Origin: Bugula neritina
Taxonomy: Eukaryota; Animalia; Bryozoa
Reading direction: 5' to 3'
Assembly: GCA_964035545.1 (NCBI GenBank)
Contig: OZ037765.1
Location: 13,650,698 to 13,714,697, forward strand
DNA length: 64,000 bases
Below the pieces are notes generated by a model. The model ran no database searches. It saw nothing but the letters and a program-made list of their open reading frames with translations, and was not told the DNA's origin. The number at the start of each line of letters is the position of its first letter. The stretch's first letter is position 1. Below are positions 51,301 to 64,000 of the stretch, in pieces. A program made the position numbers and the translations under genes.

Positions 51301-52599
51301 AACAGTTACTATGGAAATTTAACTCCGCTTACTCAAGATATTGTATTATAGATTAAGAATGGAGTATCCTGTTGATGTTATCACACTTCTCAAGTGCTCT
51401 GTTCTGTCTCATTATGGTTTCAAGCCAAGTAAGGTAATCTTTGAGTCTATCTCTCCAATGGTATTTAAATCAAAATTCAACCCTGAATCGCAATTGCAGT
51501 CCCACAGCTTGTAAATTGTGATTAGTTCAACGAAGTTGTAGAATAAACTGTGCTTGTTCCCATTATTTTAGATAGTTACACTGTGGATTTTCTTAAGAAA
51601 AAAAGTAATATCTTTCCTAAAATATTGCTGTCATTTTGCGTTTTATGATTATGATATGAAATATAATAACATAGTATGGAATAGTTTGTTTCAGCATATA
51701 AGTTTCACTGTTGATAAAAACTAGTTAGTATTTTAAAAATCATTTTCAGCCCATTACGTTTTATTTAGAAGTTAAAAATTGTCTTTTAGCTTGGCGGAAG
51801 AAACTTATGGTATTGTATTAAACACATGGAACAGTGTAACATACTGAAAAATAACTATTAATGATGTTTTGGTGTTGTAGCGTCTTGTTATAGAGTTTCT
51901 ATCACTCACTCAGCCTAAGGAAGATATTTCTAAACTTGGCTCATTATTCATCAAATACGTAGAAGAAAAGGGAATGAATGTGTCTCTAGACACAAGTGAT
52001 ACTATACGTTCTACATTTTTAGCCTTCGACACTATGGGTGAGCTTGTTTTTGCATAACAAAATTTAAACCCCTCAGTTTTAATGTCTTTTATTTAAAATA
52101 TTGTTAACAAGTGAAAAAATTACCAACTCCCGTTCCAGGAAGCAAATCGATTACTACCTCAGTTTTTGACCGCAACAGTCTGCACCAGAGGGCAAAACAT
52201 GCATGTGTTGTGATTAATTGTTTCAACAGCAACCTCAGAGTAGTTCACTACATTGTAAATCACCTAGACACTTGCAGTATATAACTTACACCCTAGACTC
52301 TACTTCCTTATTGTGGTGCAGTCTTCTACCATCAACTATGTTCTGCTGCTGAAATATTATGAGGTATACACAAAATAGTTTAAAGTGACTGTATGTGTCT
52401 CCTCAACTTACCAATCTAGTTTCTATTTGATCAAAAACCTTTTCATAAAATATAGGTGGTTAGCCAAATGTGATAGAGAAGGTAGATTAATTAAAAGCAC
52501 AAAGCTTGTTGATGTTTTTCGTATAAAAAAAGAATAAATTGACTTGTTATTTTAATATCTACAAGTTGAATTTTGGCCGAAATTGTTCAATAGTATTAC

Positions 52600-53200
52600 A
52601 AAACTTTTTTGTTCCATTGTCATCAGCAAATCAATGAGCCGTCAGCCAAGTCCTAGCATACTGAGTAGGATTGAACATAGAGATTGGATGACCTACTAAT
52701 GATATAAATACCAAATATAATGTGTTGTATTGAAAGTCTGTTTTGTAAATACGAGCAAACATTGTTCATTGTACTAAATCCCCGTTCGAAATAACTATTA
52801 CTCACTGGCAACAAATTAACAATAGCTTTAATGTACACAATCTGATTGGGAGTGCAAGTCAGGTTTTCAATGTAGTCCCGCTATGATATTAGTATATAAT
52901 AATTTGTGCATTTTATTAGGAATGTTTTTCTTCTATCATATCAAGGCAATTTAACATGACTCAGCCATTTCATGGGCTATAGGTAGTTGAGAGGTGCAAG
53001 CATTTGTTGCAGATCACTTTTTAAAACTCATGGCATCATCCTGAGGAAATTGTACTTTCAAGGCAACTCTGCATATTGTCTATAAGAACTTGTAAAAACG
53101 CATCTTTTTTCATGATTGGCCCTGGTAATTTCAGATTAATGCCTTTAAATTTGTTTTCATTATTTGTCCTAGTGACTTTTGATTTGAGTTTGCATTTTTC
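52600..53200 (-). mobile_element. hAT C-terminal dimerisation-domain relic
   Basis: KAIVNLLPVSNSYFERGFSTMNNVCSYLQNRLSI. Confidence 0.7.
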
Positions 53201-53511
53201 CTTCGAGCACCTCTGCCTTGTCTGTGATTACCAAAGCGTCTTCAAGTGTTCAGAGAGCAGTTGCGCATCATATGAACCGCTAAACTGCAGTTGTAACGTT
53301 TTCTCTCTAAAGTATTATTTTTATTCACATACAATCCACTATCAGCAATTGATGAGTAACAGTTATGACATCTTCTGTCTGGTATGCCTCCATCAGTATA
53401 GTGTACAGTATCAGGATTTGGTACTAGGGGAAAGTAGGGGGTTGGTGATATTTTGCATCTGTGTTTACAAGTCGAATATTTTTTCCCAAATTTTCTTGAT
53501 ATTTGGGGAGT

Positions 53512-54733
53512 CACGACGGTCAGTCAATAAGTAGTGGAAATTTTGTTATAACTCTTTATTAGAATAAGATAGAGCTTTATATTTTTTTCGCTTTTCAACA
53601 TAATCCCCTTCTTTTTCTATGCACTTGTTTCACCTTCCCACAAGGTTCTCAAGTCCTGCAGAATAACAGAATAGGATTTCTGGCGGCTGAATTCTGAGCC
53701 AGTTTCACACAGCTCCAATGACCGCTGCATCAGTAGTGAAGTGCTTGCTTCACATGTGGCTCTTTAAAGGTCCAAAAAGATGGAAACAACTTGGTGCTTA
53801 ATCTGGACTATAAAAGGATGATGTAATAACACCTCCCAACCCAGTTTTTCAATTTTGCCCATTGTTCATGCAGCAGTATGTGGGCGAGCATTGTCCTGGT
53901 GGAACACGACACCTTTAATCTGGAGGCCTCTTCTCTAGCTTCTTATGTTTTGCGTAATCACAGTCAAAACCTCACAGTAGTTTTCAGAGTTCACAGTGTT
54001 ACATTGGCTCTTGAAATCCAAAGTTATAGGACTTTTTTATCCCAAAATACTGTGAGCATTACATTCCGTGTTGTCCTCTTTGACTTAAACTTCTTTACAG
54101 GAGAGGCTGTTTGCTTCCACTCTAATTATTGTCTTTTTCATTCCGGTTTGTAATGATACACCCAGGTTTCATCTGTGATTATAATCCTAGATAGGAAAGC
54201 ATTCCCTTCCCGCCTAAGTCTTCTCGTGCATTCTCTGGCAGCCATAAGACGCTGCGCTTTGTGCACATCAGTCAACATTTTGGGTACCCAGAGTGCGCTG
54301 ACTTTGTTGAAGGCTAGCTCCTCATGGACAATATTGTGTGAAATGTCCTAGGTCTCAGCAACATCATCAATAGTTAGTCTTCTATCAGATTTAATCGGCT
54401 TTTTCACTTTTACTACTGTGTCAGAAACTAAAACATCCACTGGCCTACTATTTCCTGGCTCATCAGTAATGTCTTCGCCCATTCTTAAATTCATGAACAC
54501 ACCTATAGCTTGTTTATGATATAGAGTTTTCCCCATATTGTTCTTCCATTCTTCTGTGTATAACACTTGCTCTGACACCCTCAGCTGTCAAAAATATGAT
54601 AACAGCTCTTTGCTCTGGGAGCGTGCATTTTTTCAGCTTGGCGGCCACTCTGTGTCCATTGTATATATTATATTGGTTCAAATTGTGCATTGATATGTCA
54701 ACTGCGAATAACAGAACTGTGAGTGCCCTTGTA
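53512..54733 (-). mobile_element. Mariner (DD34D) element, near full length and decayed
   Basis: EQRAVIIFL, SDRRLTID, WVPKML, TDETWVYHY, FHQDNARPH, YSPD*APSCFHLFGPLK, GDYVEK; degenerate ends cacgacggtc... and ...cccttgta. Confidence 0.88.
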
Positions 54734-54789
54734 GATGATGTGGACATACTAGGTTTGCCGAGCTTCAATACAAAGTTGTACTTCATAAC

Positions 54790-56880
54790 TGTGTCTCTGT
54801 CAGGAGCTTCAGAAAAATAAAATATAAGCCTCTAGATTTTTTTTTGAAAAAAAGTGCATTCAATGTTCAGTTCTTAGACTCTTTAAATCTACCCGACATA
54901 AAATTGCTCACGTTTTTTCGGATATTTCATACTTCATTAAAACATATTCTCCTATGCAGTAAGTATCTTCTTGCCTAACAGTTTTTTGCTCATCTAGCTT
55001 TTTGTTGGCACTTTCTGAACTTGTGTCAAATGACACGGTGTCATCATCACTACCGCTAATTTCATTTGCAGTCTCAATCTCTTGTTCGATTTGCATACTT
55101 TTTTTCTTTGATTGAATTTCTTCTGTTTCTCGTGCTCCTTTAGTTTCTCTGGTTCTAGGGTGTCAGTATTGCTGACTGCTCTGTTCTCTTTTGCATTGGT
55201 TTCTTTGGCTCAGCTTGCGGTAGAGGGATTATATCACTATGTACCCTTATATGTGGTGTTTCAACTAAATATTGTTCTATTCTAGCTAACGTTGAAGGGG
55301 TGGCTGGGTTGTGAGTTTCAGTAGACAAAAAGCTCACAGCGTCAGCGAACATATCGTTCGCAGCATCTGTAATGGAATAAGGTAAGAAATTATGTTCCGG
55401 AAAAATAGAATCGTTAAATGGAAATATTTCGGTTTGAAATCCTACTAAAAGTTAGTAGTTGTCATCGCCTTTAAAAAGGCTTGCCCAACGGAGCTACCAT
55501 CTCATAAACTATCATTCACCTTTCTTGGTTCATTCTCATCTAGTTATCACATGCTTCATTGAAGTAAAAAAATTTTAGTCCATATATGCTGCCGTCCAGC
55601 CGCTGCATTCTATGTGAAGGAAGTGTTAGTATGACAAGAGGAAAAAGAGACAAAGAGAAACTTGAGTCATGGTTATCCATAATTATTAAAACAGGCTTTT
55701 CTTTCAACAGTTTGGCAAGCTTTATGAAGGACGATAGAAGGTCTCTACTAAATATATGCAAGTTCATTCATACAGATTTTGCTGCTACTCCCTTAGTTTA
55801 TGGCGGTGCTCTATTCATAAAAATATCTTTCATTTTGGCTCTAGGAAAGATTGAGTTTTTGATAATTCACCGCGCTCAGATGTTACCAAAGCGATCTGTT
55901 TCTTTTGGTGCTCAGCACCTTGATGGTATTTTTTCTCACTTATCTCCACTTTGTCTTGTTCGGGTAGATATTTTTGCTGTAGTAAAGTCATACTCGTCAA
56001 TGTTGTATATCTCAGTGAGTGAAAACTTGTACCTCATACAAAAAAGCATGTATATTACCTGTTTTTTCATCATGAAATGCTAACTTAAAATATACTTTTC
56101 AAAATTCTGCAAGTCTCCAAAACATCAATTTTGGACAACCAGTTGTTCTGGCTTTCTTGAATATGCTTCACCATTTGCTCTCCATTAATTGAACGCTATT
56201 GTTTTGCTCACCTACTTCTCCATTACATTTTAAGCTTGTCGAAAAATCTTTTTAACAGTGGTTGGGTTACAGCCTGCTTTGCTAATGAAGTGGCTTTCGG
56301 TTTTCGACGTGCCAAGTGGTGCCTTTGTTTCAAACATTTTAGCCAGTTTACACCTAATTGTAGCAAAGATGTTGAACAATGATTAAATATTACAGCATGT
56401 CTACTAGAGTTTGATGTTTTTCTACTGGTATACATTTTGTTTTCACTATTTCCGGTGATTGCTTGTTAGCCAGACGAAGGATGATATTTAATTAACTTAT
56501 AGGCCTACCTGCAGTTTTATTGAGTGTCCAGCTAGTTGATAGAATGATTTTGTTAGCCTTAGCAAACTCATACGCAAGATCACGGACTTCCTTGTGTGTT
56601 AGACCATGAAAAGTATCATCAAGGTTTTTTACATGTTTAGCCAACTCCAGTTCCATGACACAGAAAATATGGTAGCCTTTAGTTAGCAATTTGAGTACCC
56701 AAACATCTTTCTCTTTGAAGGGCTACATTTCCAAAATCTCTAATATGCTTCTTGACATGCATTGCAGGGAAACTACTGACTTGGCTGGTTTTTGCTCTCT
56801 TTCAGCAAGCTTCACCGCTTTATTCAATGTATCAAGATTTGCAGTTCTTGTGGTTTATCATTAATGCTTCCCTGGCATTA
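54790..56880 (-). mobile_element. Pogo/Fot1-like (CENP-B HTH plus DDE_1) transposase relic
   Basis: FHGLTHKEVRDLAYEFAKAN, WLKCLKQRH..RKPKATSLA, IYNIDE, PVLIIMDNHDS, SHRMQRLDGSIYG, SAILTP. Confidence 0.8.
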
Positions 56881-57493
56881 ATGAGATAAATTATATCATC
56901 AAGATACTGACAGTACAATGTGACTGAGCTTTTTTCTACCTGATTTGTACCTCTCCTCTGCTTTATCTGCAGTGCCTGCTGGTGCAGCTTTACTGTCATC
57001 ACAATATCTGAATAGGTCCTTGGCTATACGTAGGTGTTTTAACTTGAAGTTCCAAATGCTGTAGTTAGATGAAAAGGGTTTGTCTACTAGAAATTTGTTC
57101 TTTCATCATTAAATGTGCTTATTGGAGTAATCGTGGGCGCATAACCTGTTTTATAATCTTATGAAATCAGTAGATTTATTTAATTTTCACCACCAATAAT
57201 CAAACAACGGCAAAACCACAAAAACAAGAGGTGGAAAAAGTATCATGGTAGAAGTATCATGTGACTATGTGCACAACGTGCAGACAATTCTTAAAATTCA
57301 AAATTATAACGCAACATTTTTCTAACCGAGTAGTGTTTATTGGCAACAATTTTATTCTAATAAAAGAGTGTGCCCTGTAACGGTTTCAACATTGAGAATG
57401 AATTAATAAAAAATGCTTGAAATCAGAATTATCTAGCATCACATAAAATTTAAACATCAATCAGCAAATAAGTATGTATAGTATATAGTAAAT

Positions 57494-58975
57494 CAGTGGT
57501 TCCAACCTTTTTCATACCATTCCCCCCTTTCATGGACTTTTACTAATAATTCCCCCCTCTTTTTGAAAAGCAATTTATATGTACATTAAAAGACTAAAAT
57601 AGCGTATAATACAAGTCTATATTTGTTCTATTATATTTGATTATAATATATAGTGATTGTAATAATAGTATATAAATATATTAAACACAAGAGCATTCCA
57701 ATTGTCAGTGTGATGCCTGCAACTGATGTTTTTGTGCCAGCTTGCTTATGTCTGGCTCGGTTGTAGACAGGGCACATCTCAGGTCACTCTGCAGATCAAG
57801 GCAGTTTCTTTTTCATTTTTGATAGTCAACATGGATGAAAATCCCACTTCACATAAATAAGTGGTGCTGAATGGCACCAAAACTGTTAGTGCTTTTTCAG
57901 CTATTTGTGGATGCATTTTACTTGCAGACACCCAAAATTTCTCAACTGGCAAAGATTTAAACTCATCTTTCAATGCAGGATTGTTAATCAGCTCAATGAA
58001 GTCCTCCTGCAACTCTTCTGGAATTTCTTCAACAGAGCGCTGAAATGGATTGCGTGTTAAGTCAATAATTTTTTCCTTTTCTGGGGGTAACTCTTGAAAA
58101 TACCGTTCAAACTCTGCTAATAGTTCACTAAGATGCTCAGAGATGTTTTTATTGAAAGGCTTTGGAACAGGTTCATTTGCTAATAGTTCATTGAGTGTGG
58201 AGAAAGACACCATATTTTTCACAAGATCGCGAGTCTGCCTCAACTTTAGTTTCGCCTTGAAAGCATTGATGCTGCTATGAAAAGCAATGACATGATTGCA
58301 TCCTTGCATTCGTAAATTCAGGTTGTTTAGTGCAGCAAATATATCTACCAAGTAAGCCGTACATAGTTCAAATAAATTAGCTTGCATAGCTGCTAAAAGT
58401 TCCTGTTGGTTTTTACTTTCAAGAAATTTTTTGACTTCCATTCGCAGCTCAAAGAGCCGAGCTAGCATGTTTCCTTTGGATAACCATCTTACTTCAGTAT
58501 GAAAAAGCAAAGTGGTGAATGCAGCGTCACTCTCATGACAAAGGGCTGAAAACAGTAGTTTAGTGCTGAAGCCTTGATGTAATTCACAATTTTGATGTTT
58601 GTTGCTAAGTTAGATTTCATTGCCTGTGGTAGTGTTCTTGAAGCAAGTGCCTCACGGTGAATAAAGCAATGCACACCATCTATGTCAGGATTTTCCTTCC
58701 TTGCCAGCTCTACAAATCCTGGTCTTGATCTCAGCATGGCTGGAGCTCCATCTGTACATACACTAATTACATTTTTCCACATAAGCCCAGTTCTCTCAAA
58801 GTATTGGTCAACAAGCTTCATCACATCTACAACTGATGTTGTTGTAAGTAAGGGCTGACAAAACATAAACTCTTCTTCTATAGATTTGCCGTGCACGTAC
58901 TTACTGTACACTATTAGTTGAGAAATATTAGCTACATCAGTGGACTCGTCAAGTTGTATGGAGAAGAATGGCGAC
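57494..58975 (-). mobile_element. hAT Buster/Charlie (ZBED5/ZBED8-like) element: 3' half and right terminus
   Basis: FSIQLDESTD, CTDGAPAM, HCFIHREALAS, FHTEVRWLSKG, PFSTTYLCEVGFS, ending QASH*; terminus CAGTGGTTCCAACCTTTT at 57494. Confidence 0.9.
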
Positions 58976-59045
58976 TAAGATAAGATAGTGTCTTCTTATT
59001 TATGGAGTCAGCAGAAAGAGAATTTAGTTCTACAAGGCCATGCAA

Positions 59046-59300
59046 CTATTTCACTAAAAAGCTGTTGGGTTTCCTAACCTGAATCTTGTACAGTTTCCAA
59101 GTCTGAGAACCGTTTAGTAGGGTGGTCAGAACAATAGCTCCGTACACTTGACTTTTCACTCTGATTGTTGCATTAATTTTGTTACAGAGTTTCTCTCCTA
59201 GTCTCCCAAATGCGACTGAAGCTTTACAAATCCTTGTTTGCAGTTGAGTGTCTAGCCTTCCACCGTGGGTAATTGTGCTGCCAGGTATGTAAACCAGCTT
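59046..59300 (-). mobile_element. RTE-clade LINE fragment
   Basis: RICKASVAFGRL...KSQVYGAIVLTTLLNGSQTW; paralogous to 61200-61390. Confidence 0.8.
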
Positions 59301-60240
59301 CTGTTTAGACTGTCCAGTGAGTTTTAGACAATGCCGTTTCATGTGTGGTCCCCCACACCTAAAACACTCTAACCTACGTCCTGAAGATTTTGTAGACGAG
59401 TGGGTTACGCCCACAATTTCCTAGAATATTGCTCTAAGACCCAAGAAATAAATCAGTCACTGTTTAGTGTTGACTTCCATCTGTTGCATCATTTGCATCA
59501 TGAGATTTTCCATGTTGCTAGAAGTTTAAATTGCAGAAGTTGTAAAACAACTTTTACTGCTCTTTCCAACATCAAGGTATGCTTATGTAGCTTTGACAGT
59601 GTTAGACACGGATTCAATTTGCAGCAACATTAGATGTCTTCTCAAAGCATTATGCTTCAAAGCTCTCATAAAAGCATCTATGGCAATAGTATCTTTAGAC
59701 TGAGTCAATGTCTAGGTAACCAATCTAGGCTGGCCGCTCTACTTCCGAGCCAAGAACATAGAGAGAACTATTCTGTTCATATTTTAATAGTTGGTATATC
59801 TTAGTGGTGGTACAGTTTGTCACGGGCACACCTGGTGTTCATACCAAACCTGCTTTGCAGTGTCTTTTAAACTAGCTAAAGGATACTCCCTCTGTTACAA
59901 TCCATTGCTGCCTTTTTCACAGCACACTTAAAGTGTAACGGCTGCTGTATCTGTCCACACATTAGCCTCCTTGTTTTCTTGAAATTGCTGGAGATATAAC
60001 TCAACATTTTGTGAGCCATCAACTTTCTGCAATTTGAAGTTATCTCTTCTACTCCCACCCACTTGTAGTAAGTCAACCAATATGTTCAACGGATCTCCAC
60101 ACACTGGAGATGGGATCTGTTGACATCCACTATGAGCAGGCATTATTATGAGAGAAATGCAGAGTAAAAATAGAAATATTCAATTTGAAAAAACAGCAAA
60201 CAACTTATCTTCAATAGCTGGTCCCTCTGCTGCCGCCACT
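59300..60240 (-). mobile_element. Gypsy gag relic with PBS
   Basis: PBS TGGCGGCAGC next to ...TTTACA; FKLQKVDGSQNVELYLQQFQENKEANVW; zinc knuckle CFRCGGPHMKRHC. Confidence 0.7.
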
Positions 60241-60899
60241 GTAAAGCATTTTTACTGTAGTCGACTGATCCAATGTTGAAGCTACACAACTACTTGTGGG
60301 TGTTATTGTGGTAAGTCTATGACTACTGTTTTAACAAGGATGACCTGCCAAATACAGTATCAACTGGAGACAAAATGAGAAGAGTGCAGCTTACAATGTA
60401 AAACTGGCTATGACTAGGATACGCAGTTACAGACCAGGCAACAGCAAGAAATAATGACTACACTGCAACCAATGACTACACTGAGATTAGCAGTGTAAGT
60501 TATTGTCAACCTTACCCAAATTATGAAAGCGATGAGCAGTTATAATTAGACAACCTCTAATAAACCGAATATTAATACAGGGAGATTTTATATCTGAGTT
60601 TTTTGTTACCACACTTTTTTTACTGTTGTATATCAATAATGCAAAACAAAGCTTACTCGTTTAAAATTATTGTATTTGGTACTTATCAGAAAAATTCGAC
60701 TGATCTCAACGAACTGAAACTAAAAACTAATTCTCACCGCACGCAGGCTTAAAGCTAACTTTCGCACTGTTAGTCTCCAAACAAAACAACAAATTTAAAT
60801 GGTAAAAGTCAGAATGACAACAAATACTTTTTAATCAAAACTTTATAATTACTGAAAATAAACTATAAAATGTAACTCACTCACTAAGCAGTCAGTCTT

Positions 60900-62960
60900 T
60901 CAACTGACTGACAATGAATCAACTTTTCCACAGGGTTCTGTTTTGCGCCAAGTTGTATAAATTGTTGACATCAATGCTCTTCACTTTGAGGTGTCTCTTT
61001 AACTTAAGGTATCCTCAATTTCTATGGCCAGACACCAGCTAGGAGAATAGCGTCTGCTTGGGTAGTCAATGTTCATCCATACACGCAATGTGACTCGCCC
61101 ATTTAAGGTTGCAAATTATTACTTAATCATATATTGGTGCTAACTTTGCACGTTGAAGAATTTCAGTGTTGGGGATTTTTTGCCACCATTTAACTTTCAT
61201 GGTGGACCCTAGCTGCTTCATCATAAAGCTGTTGAGTTGTCCAACTTTGTACAGCATCCAAGTCTCAGAGCCGTAAAGTAGGGTGGTCAGAACAATAGCC
61301 TTGTAGACTTGACATTTTACTCTGATTGTCACATCATTGTTGTTCCAGAGTTTTTCTCTCAATCTCCCAAATGCAACTAAAGCTTTACACATTCTAATTC
61401 TAATATGCTTACATTCTCGAGCGGGTTGTCTTTAATTTGCATATTGCACATGACCTCTGTTTTACACATATTTATACACAATCCAAAATCATGGGCAGCT
61501 TTAGCAAATCGTGATGTAGCCACTTGCATATCTTCCAAGCTGCATGCTATTAGTGCTGTGTCATTTGCCTACATCAATTCACGAAACGTAGTCAATTGTG
61601 TACGACTCTTGGAACTGTAAAGAGCGGGGTTGAATAGATTAGCACCAGGTCTGGTTTGCAGATACATACTTTGGGTGGTGTCGAATAATGCTTTGTCATG
61701 TACCGCCGTGAGGTATATTCTAAATAATGTAGGTGCGTGAGCACAGCCTTGCTTTACTCCATTATTGGTATCAAATTGTGGTCACAGCTGGCTTTTGCTC
61801 GATATATGTGCTTCCTTCCCAATATGGAACTGTCGGATCAGCTTAATCAAGTGTGATGAGATACCACATCTTCCAAAGATGATCCACAGTGTCTCTCTGC
61901 TAACAGTGTCAAAGGCTTTGGTGAAGTCTATGAACACAGCATACAAAGGTCTCTACTGTTCTCCACATTTTTCTTGTATTTGATTTAATGTGAAAATCAT
62001 ATCCACTTTGCTTCAAAACCACATTGGGTTTTTGGCAGAATAATAGTTTCAACTGAAAAATTTATCAAGTTGAACAGAGTTCTTGCCATGACTTTACCAG
62101 GGATTAATAGCAGTGATATACCTTGATAGTTGCCACAGTCACGTCGATCACCTTACTTAAATATAGTTATCATGGCAGCGTCCCTCCAGTCTTTAGGAAT
62201 TGTCCTACTTCTCCAAGCTCTACATATGATTCCCCACAATGCCTCTTTCAGAAGTGTGCCGTCTTGCTTTAATATTTCACCAGGAATATCATCCTTGCCG
62301 GGTGCTTTGTTGTTAGCCAGTGCTCTAATTGCATTGTCCACTTCTAGGAAGTTAGGTTCTGCCTCCAATTCATGAGCAGTTGGTATGCTTTTGTTTCTGG
62401 TGATGACTTCCACTGAAACAGCACCGGTCTCATTGAGAAGATCATTGAAATGTTCTGCCCATCTGTTTAAGATATATTTTTCCTCTGTCAGGATGGTTCC
62501 ATCTTTAGCATTGATTTAGATTGTGTGTCTGGTGGTGACGCCCCAAACTTCTTTCAGGCTGTTATAGAAAGCTCTGGTGTTTGTGTCAGCAAGTAGTTGT
62601 CTTTGTTCCACTTTGGATTTCCACCAGGCGGTTTTCAGTTCTATGGTTTTTAGTTTGAGTCAATGACAAGCTTCACGGTGTGCAGCTTTATTAGCACGAG
62701 TTGCCCTACTAGAGAGTAGCTTATCCCGAGTCTTGTTCCTATCTGCCAAAGCTGCTGAAATTCAAGATCGTTTTCGTCGAACCAGTTTTGATGCTTGCGT
62801 TTTGTTTGTTCCAAGTGTAGCCAATGACACACCTGGTAATGTGTTGCGTAGTTTGCACCAGGTGGTCTCAACACTACTGTCTATGATCACTTTTGTCTCC
62901 TTAAGCTCTTTGGTTATTGCATTATCAAGTTGGGCACTTGAGACTGTTGAGATTTATCTG
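60900..62960 (-). mobile_element. RTE (BovB-like) LINE ORF relic
   Basis: HQNWFDEND, NKAPGKDDIPGEILK, NYQGISLL, FIDFTKAFDTVSR, NGVKQGC, YKAIVLTTLLYGSETW. Confidence 0.9.
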
Positions 62961-64000
62961 CCACCATCTGTGACTTAGATTATATAAAAAAAATCCATCA
63001 CATTATCCTTCAACATGACATTCAGATCTTGCAATAAGTAGGCTACTTGAATGCCTAGTCTTGGAGGTACATTTTTGGTGCACTATTTAATCAAATGTTG
63101 AAGTTATACTGCAGCTCTTCATTTTTTGAAAAGCTCGTTTGCAGTGGGTCAAAATAGAAAATTTCTTTTTCAAATCCAAGGTGCTTTGATACCGACTAAA
63201 TCATAGTTTACGTTTATTGCTTTGTTTAGCTGAAGACTAAATTTTCCCTTTGGTTAACAGCTGAAACTACCTATTGCTTGATGTCAAAAGATACATTAAC
63301 ATAATGTACTAACAATTAAATATTATTTAGATGATCTGCCTGATATCGTTGGCTTTCTCATTACTGTGGACTGTGCAAATCATGTCACTCACTGCTGGCT
63401 TTATCAATGGTGAGGAGTTATTTTTGCTGAGCAGCTTGCCAAATGGTGTCTGGGATCAAGTATAGCATATTTCAAGCTATTGTTTTTTCACCAAAAGTAT
63501 TTATCTCTTTACATGTATGCCCAAAATCTTCAGTTTATTTTTATTGTTTACAAGCTTCCTAATTTTCAATTGTACTCGTATATTACTGATCACTTCAGCA
63601 TAGAGCACATTGAAGCTTTGAGATGCCATGACTCTCAATTGTAGTAAAATCAATATCAGGAAATTTATCTTTGTAGCAATATTCTTTGATTTACAAATTG
63701 ACCATAAGTTTGAATAGCACCTTGACTAACATACCCCTATACACTTTTTGCTAAAAACAAATTAAAAACCTACAACACCTATGATGAAATTTTATCAAAA
63801 CAAGAAATCAAAAGTTCAAAACAACCATTTGTGAAGATATATCAAACTGTAATACAACAAAATGCATAGAATATCAATAAAATAGAAAAACTTATACCTT
63901 TGCTAAGTCAACAAGCAGTTCACTAAAATATTTTACCAAAGAGTTGTACCCAGCATCTCATACTATACACACTTTGCCTGGTTTTTTTACTGCCCGAGTA

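Noticed and set aside
54440-54470. CTGATGAG...GAAA on the minus strand
   Set aside because: Lies within mariner coding sequence and cannot form stem II.
53076-56083. Longer plus-strand ORFs (53076-53534, 53878-54153, 55586-56083)
   Set aside because: No recognisable domains; mostly antisense shadows of minus-strand TE relics.
57779-58911. Domesticated ZBED5/ZBED8 host gene
   Set aside because: Frameshifted, 5'-truncated and retains a hAT terminus, so it is treated as a transposon relic.
59046-59414. ORF fusing a CCHC zinc knuckle to an RTE RT C-terminus
   Set aside because: Chance in-frame junction of two decayed TE fragments, with no evidence of selection.

Overview
AT-rich eukaryotic (invertebrate-like) genomic DNA; the species cannot be determined from the sequence. 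The left 6 kb holds two spliced host genes on the minus strand: the 5' part of a UBE2U-like ubiquitin-conjugating enzyme and a complete 4-coding-exon atypical dual-specificity phosphatase (205 aa). The remaining ~57 kb is a dense patchwork of decayed transposable elements: Copia, Gypsy, BEL/Pao, CR1-like, Rex1/Babar, RTE, Penelope, hAT, mariner, pogo, Sola1, Sola2, Academ-like and a Crypton-like tyrosine recombinase element. None has an intact ORF set. The strongest unexplained signal is orientation polarity. Every recognised TE from ~7 to 38.3 kb lies on +, and all but one from ~38.4 to 63 kb lie on -, which suggests a bidirectionally transcribed antisense TE-trap (piRNA-cluster-like) locus. 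Other notable items are a conserved ~90-nt, potentially structured non-coding motif shared by two divergent Sola2-like elements, two minimal Penelope-type hammerhead ribozyme motifs, and an intron-rich Crypton-like recombinase. TE boundaries are approximate and family calls come from motif recognition, not database searches.
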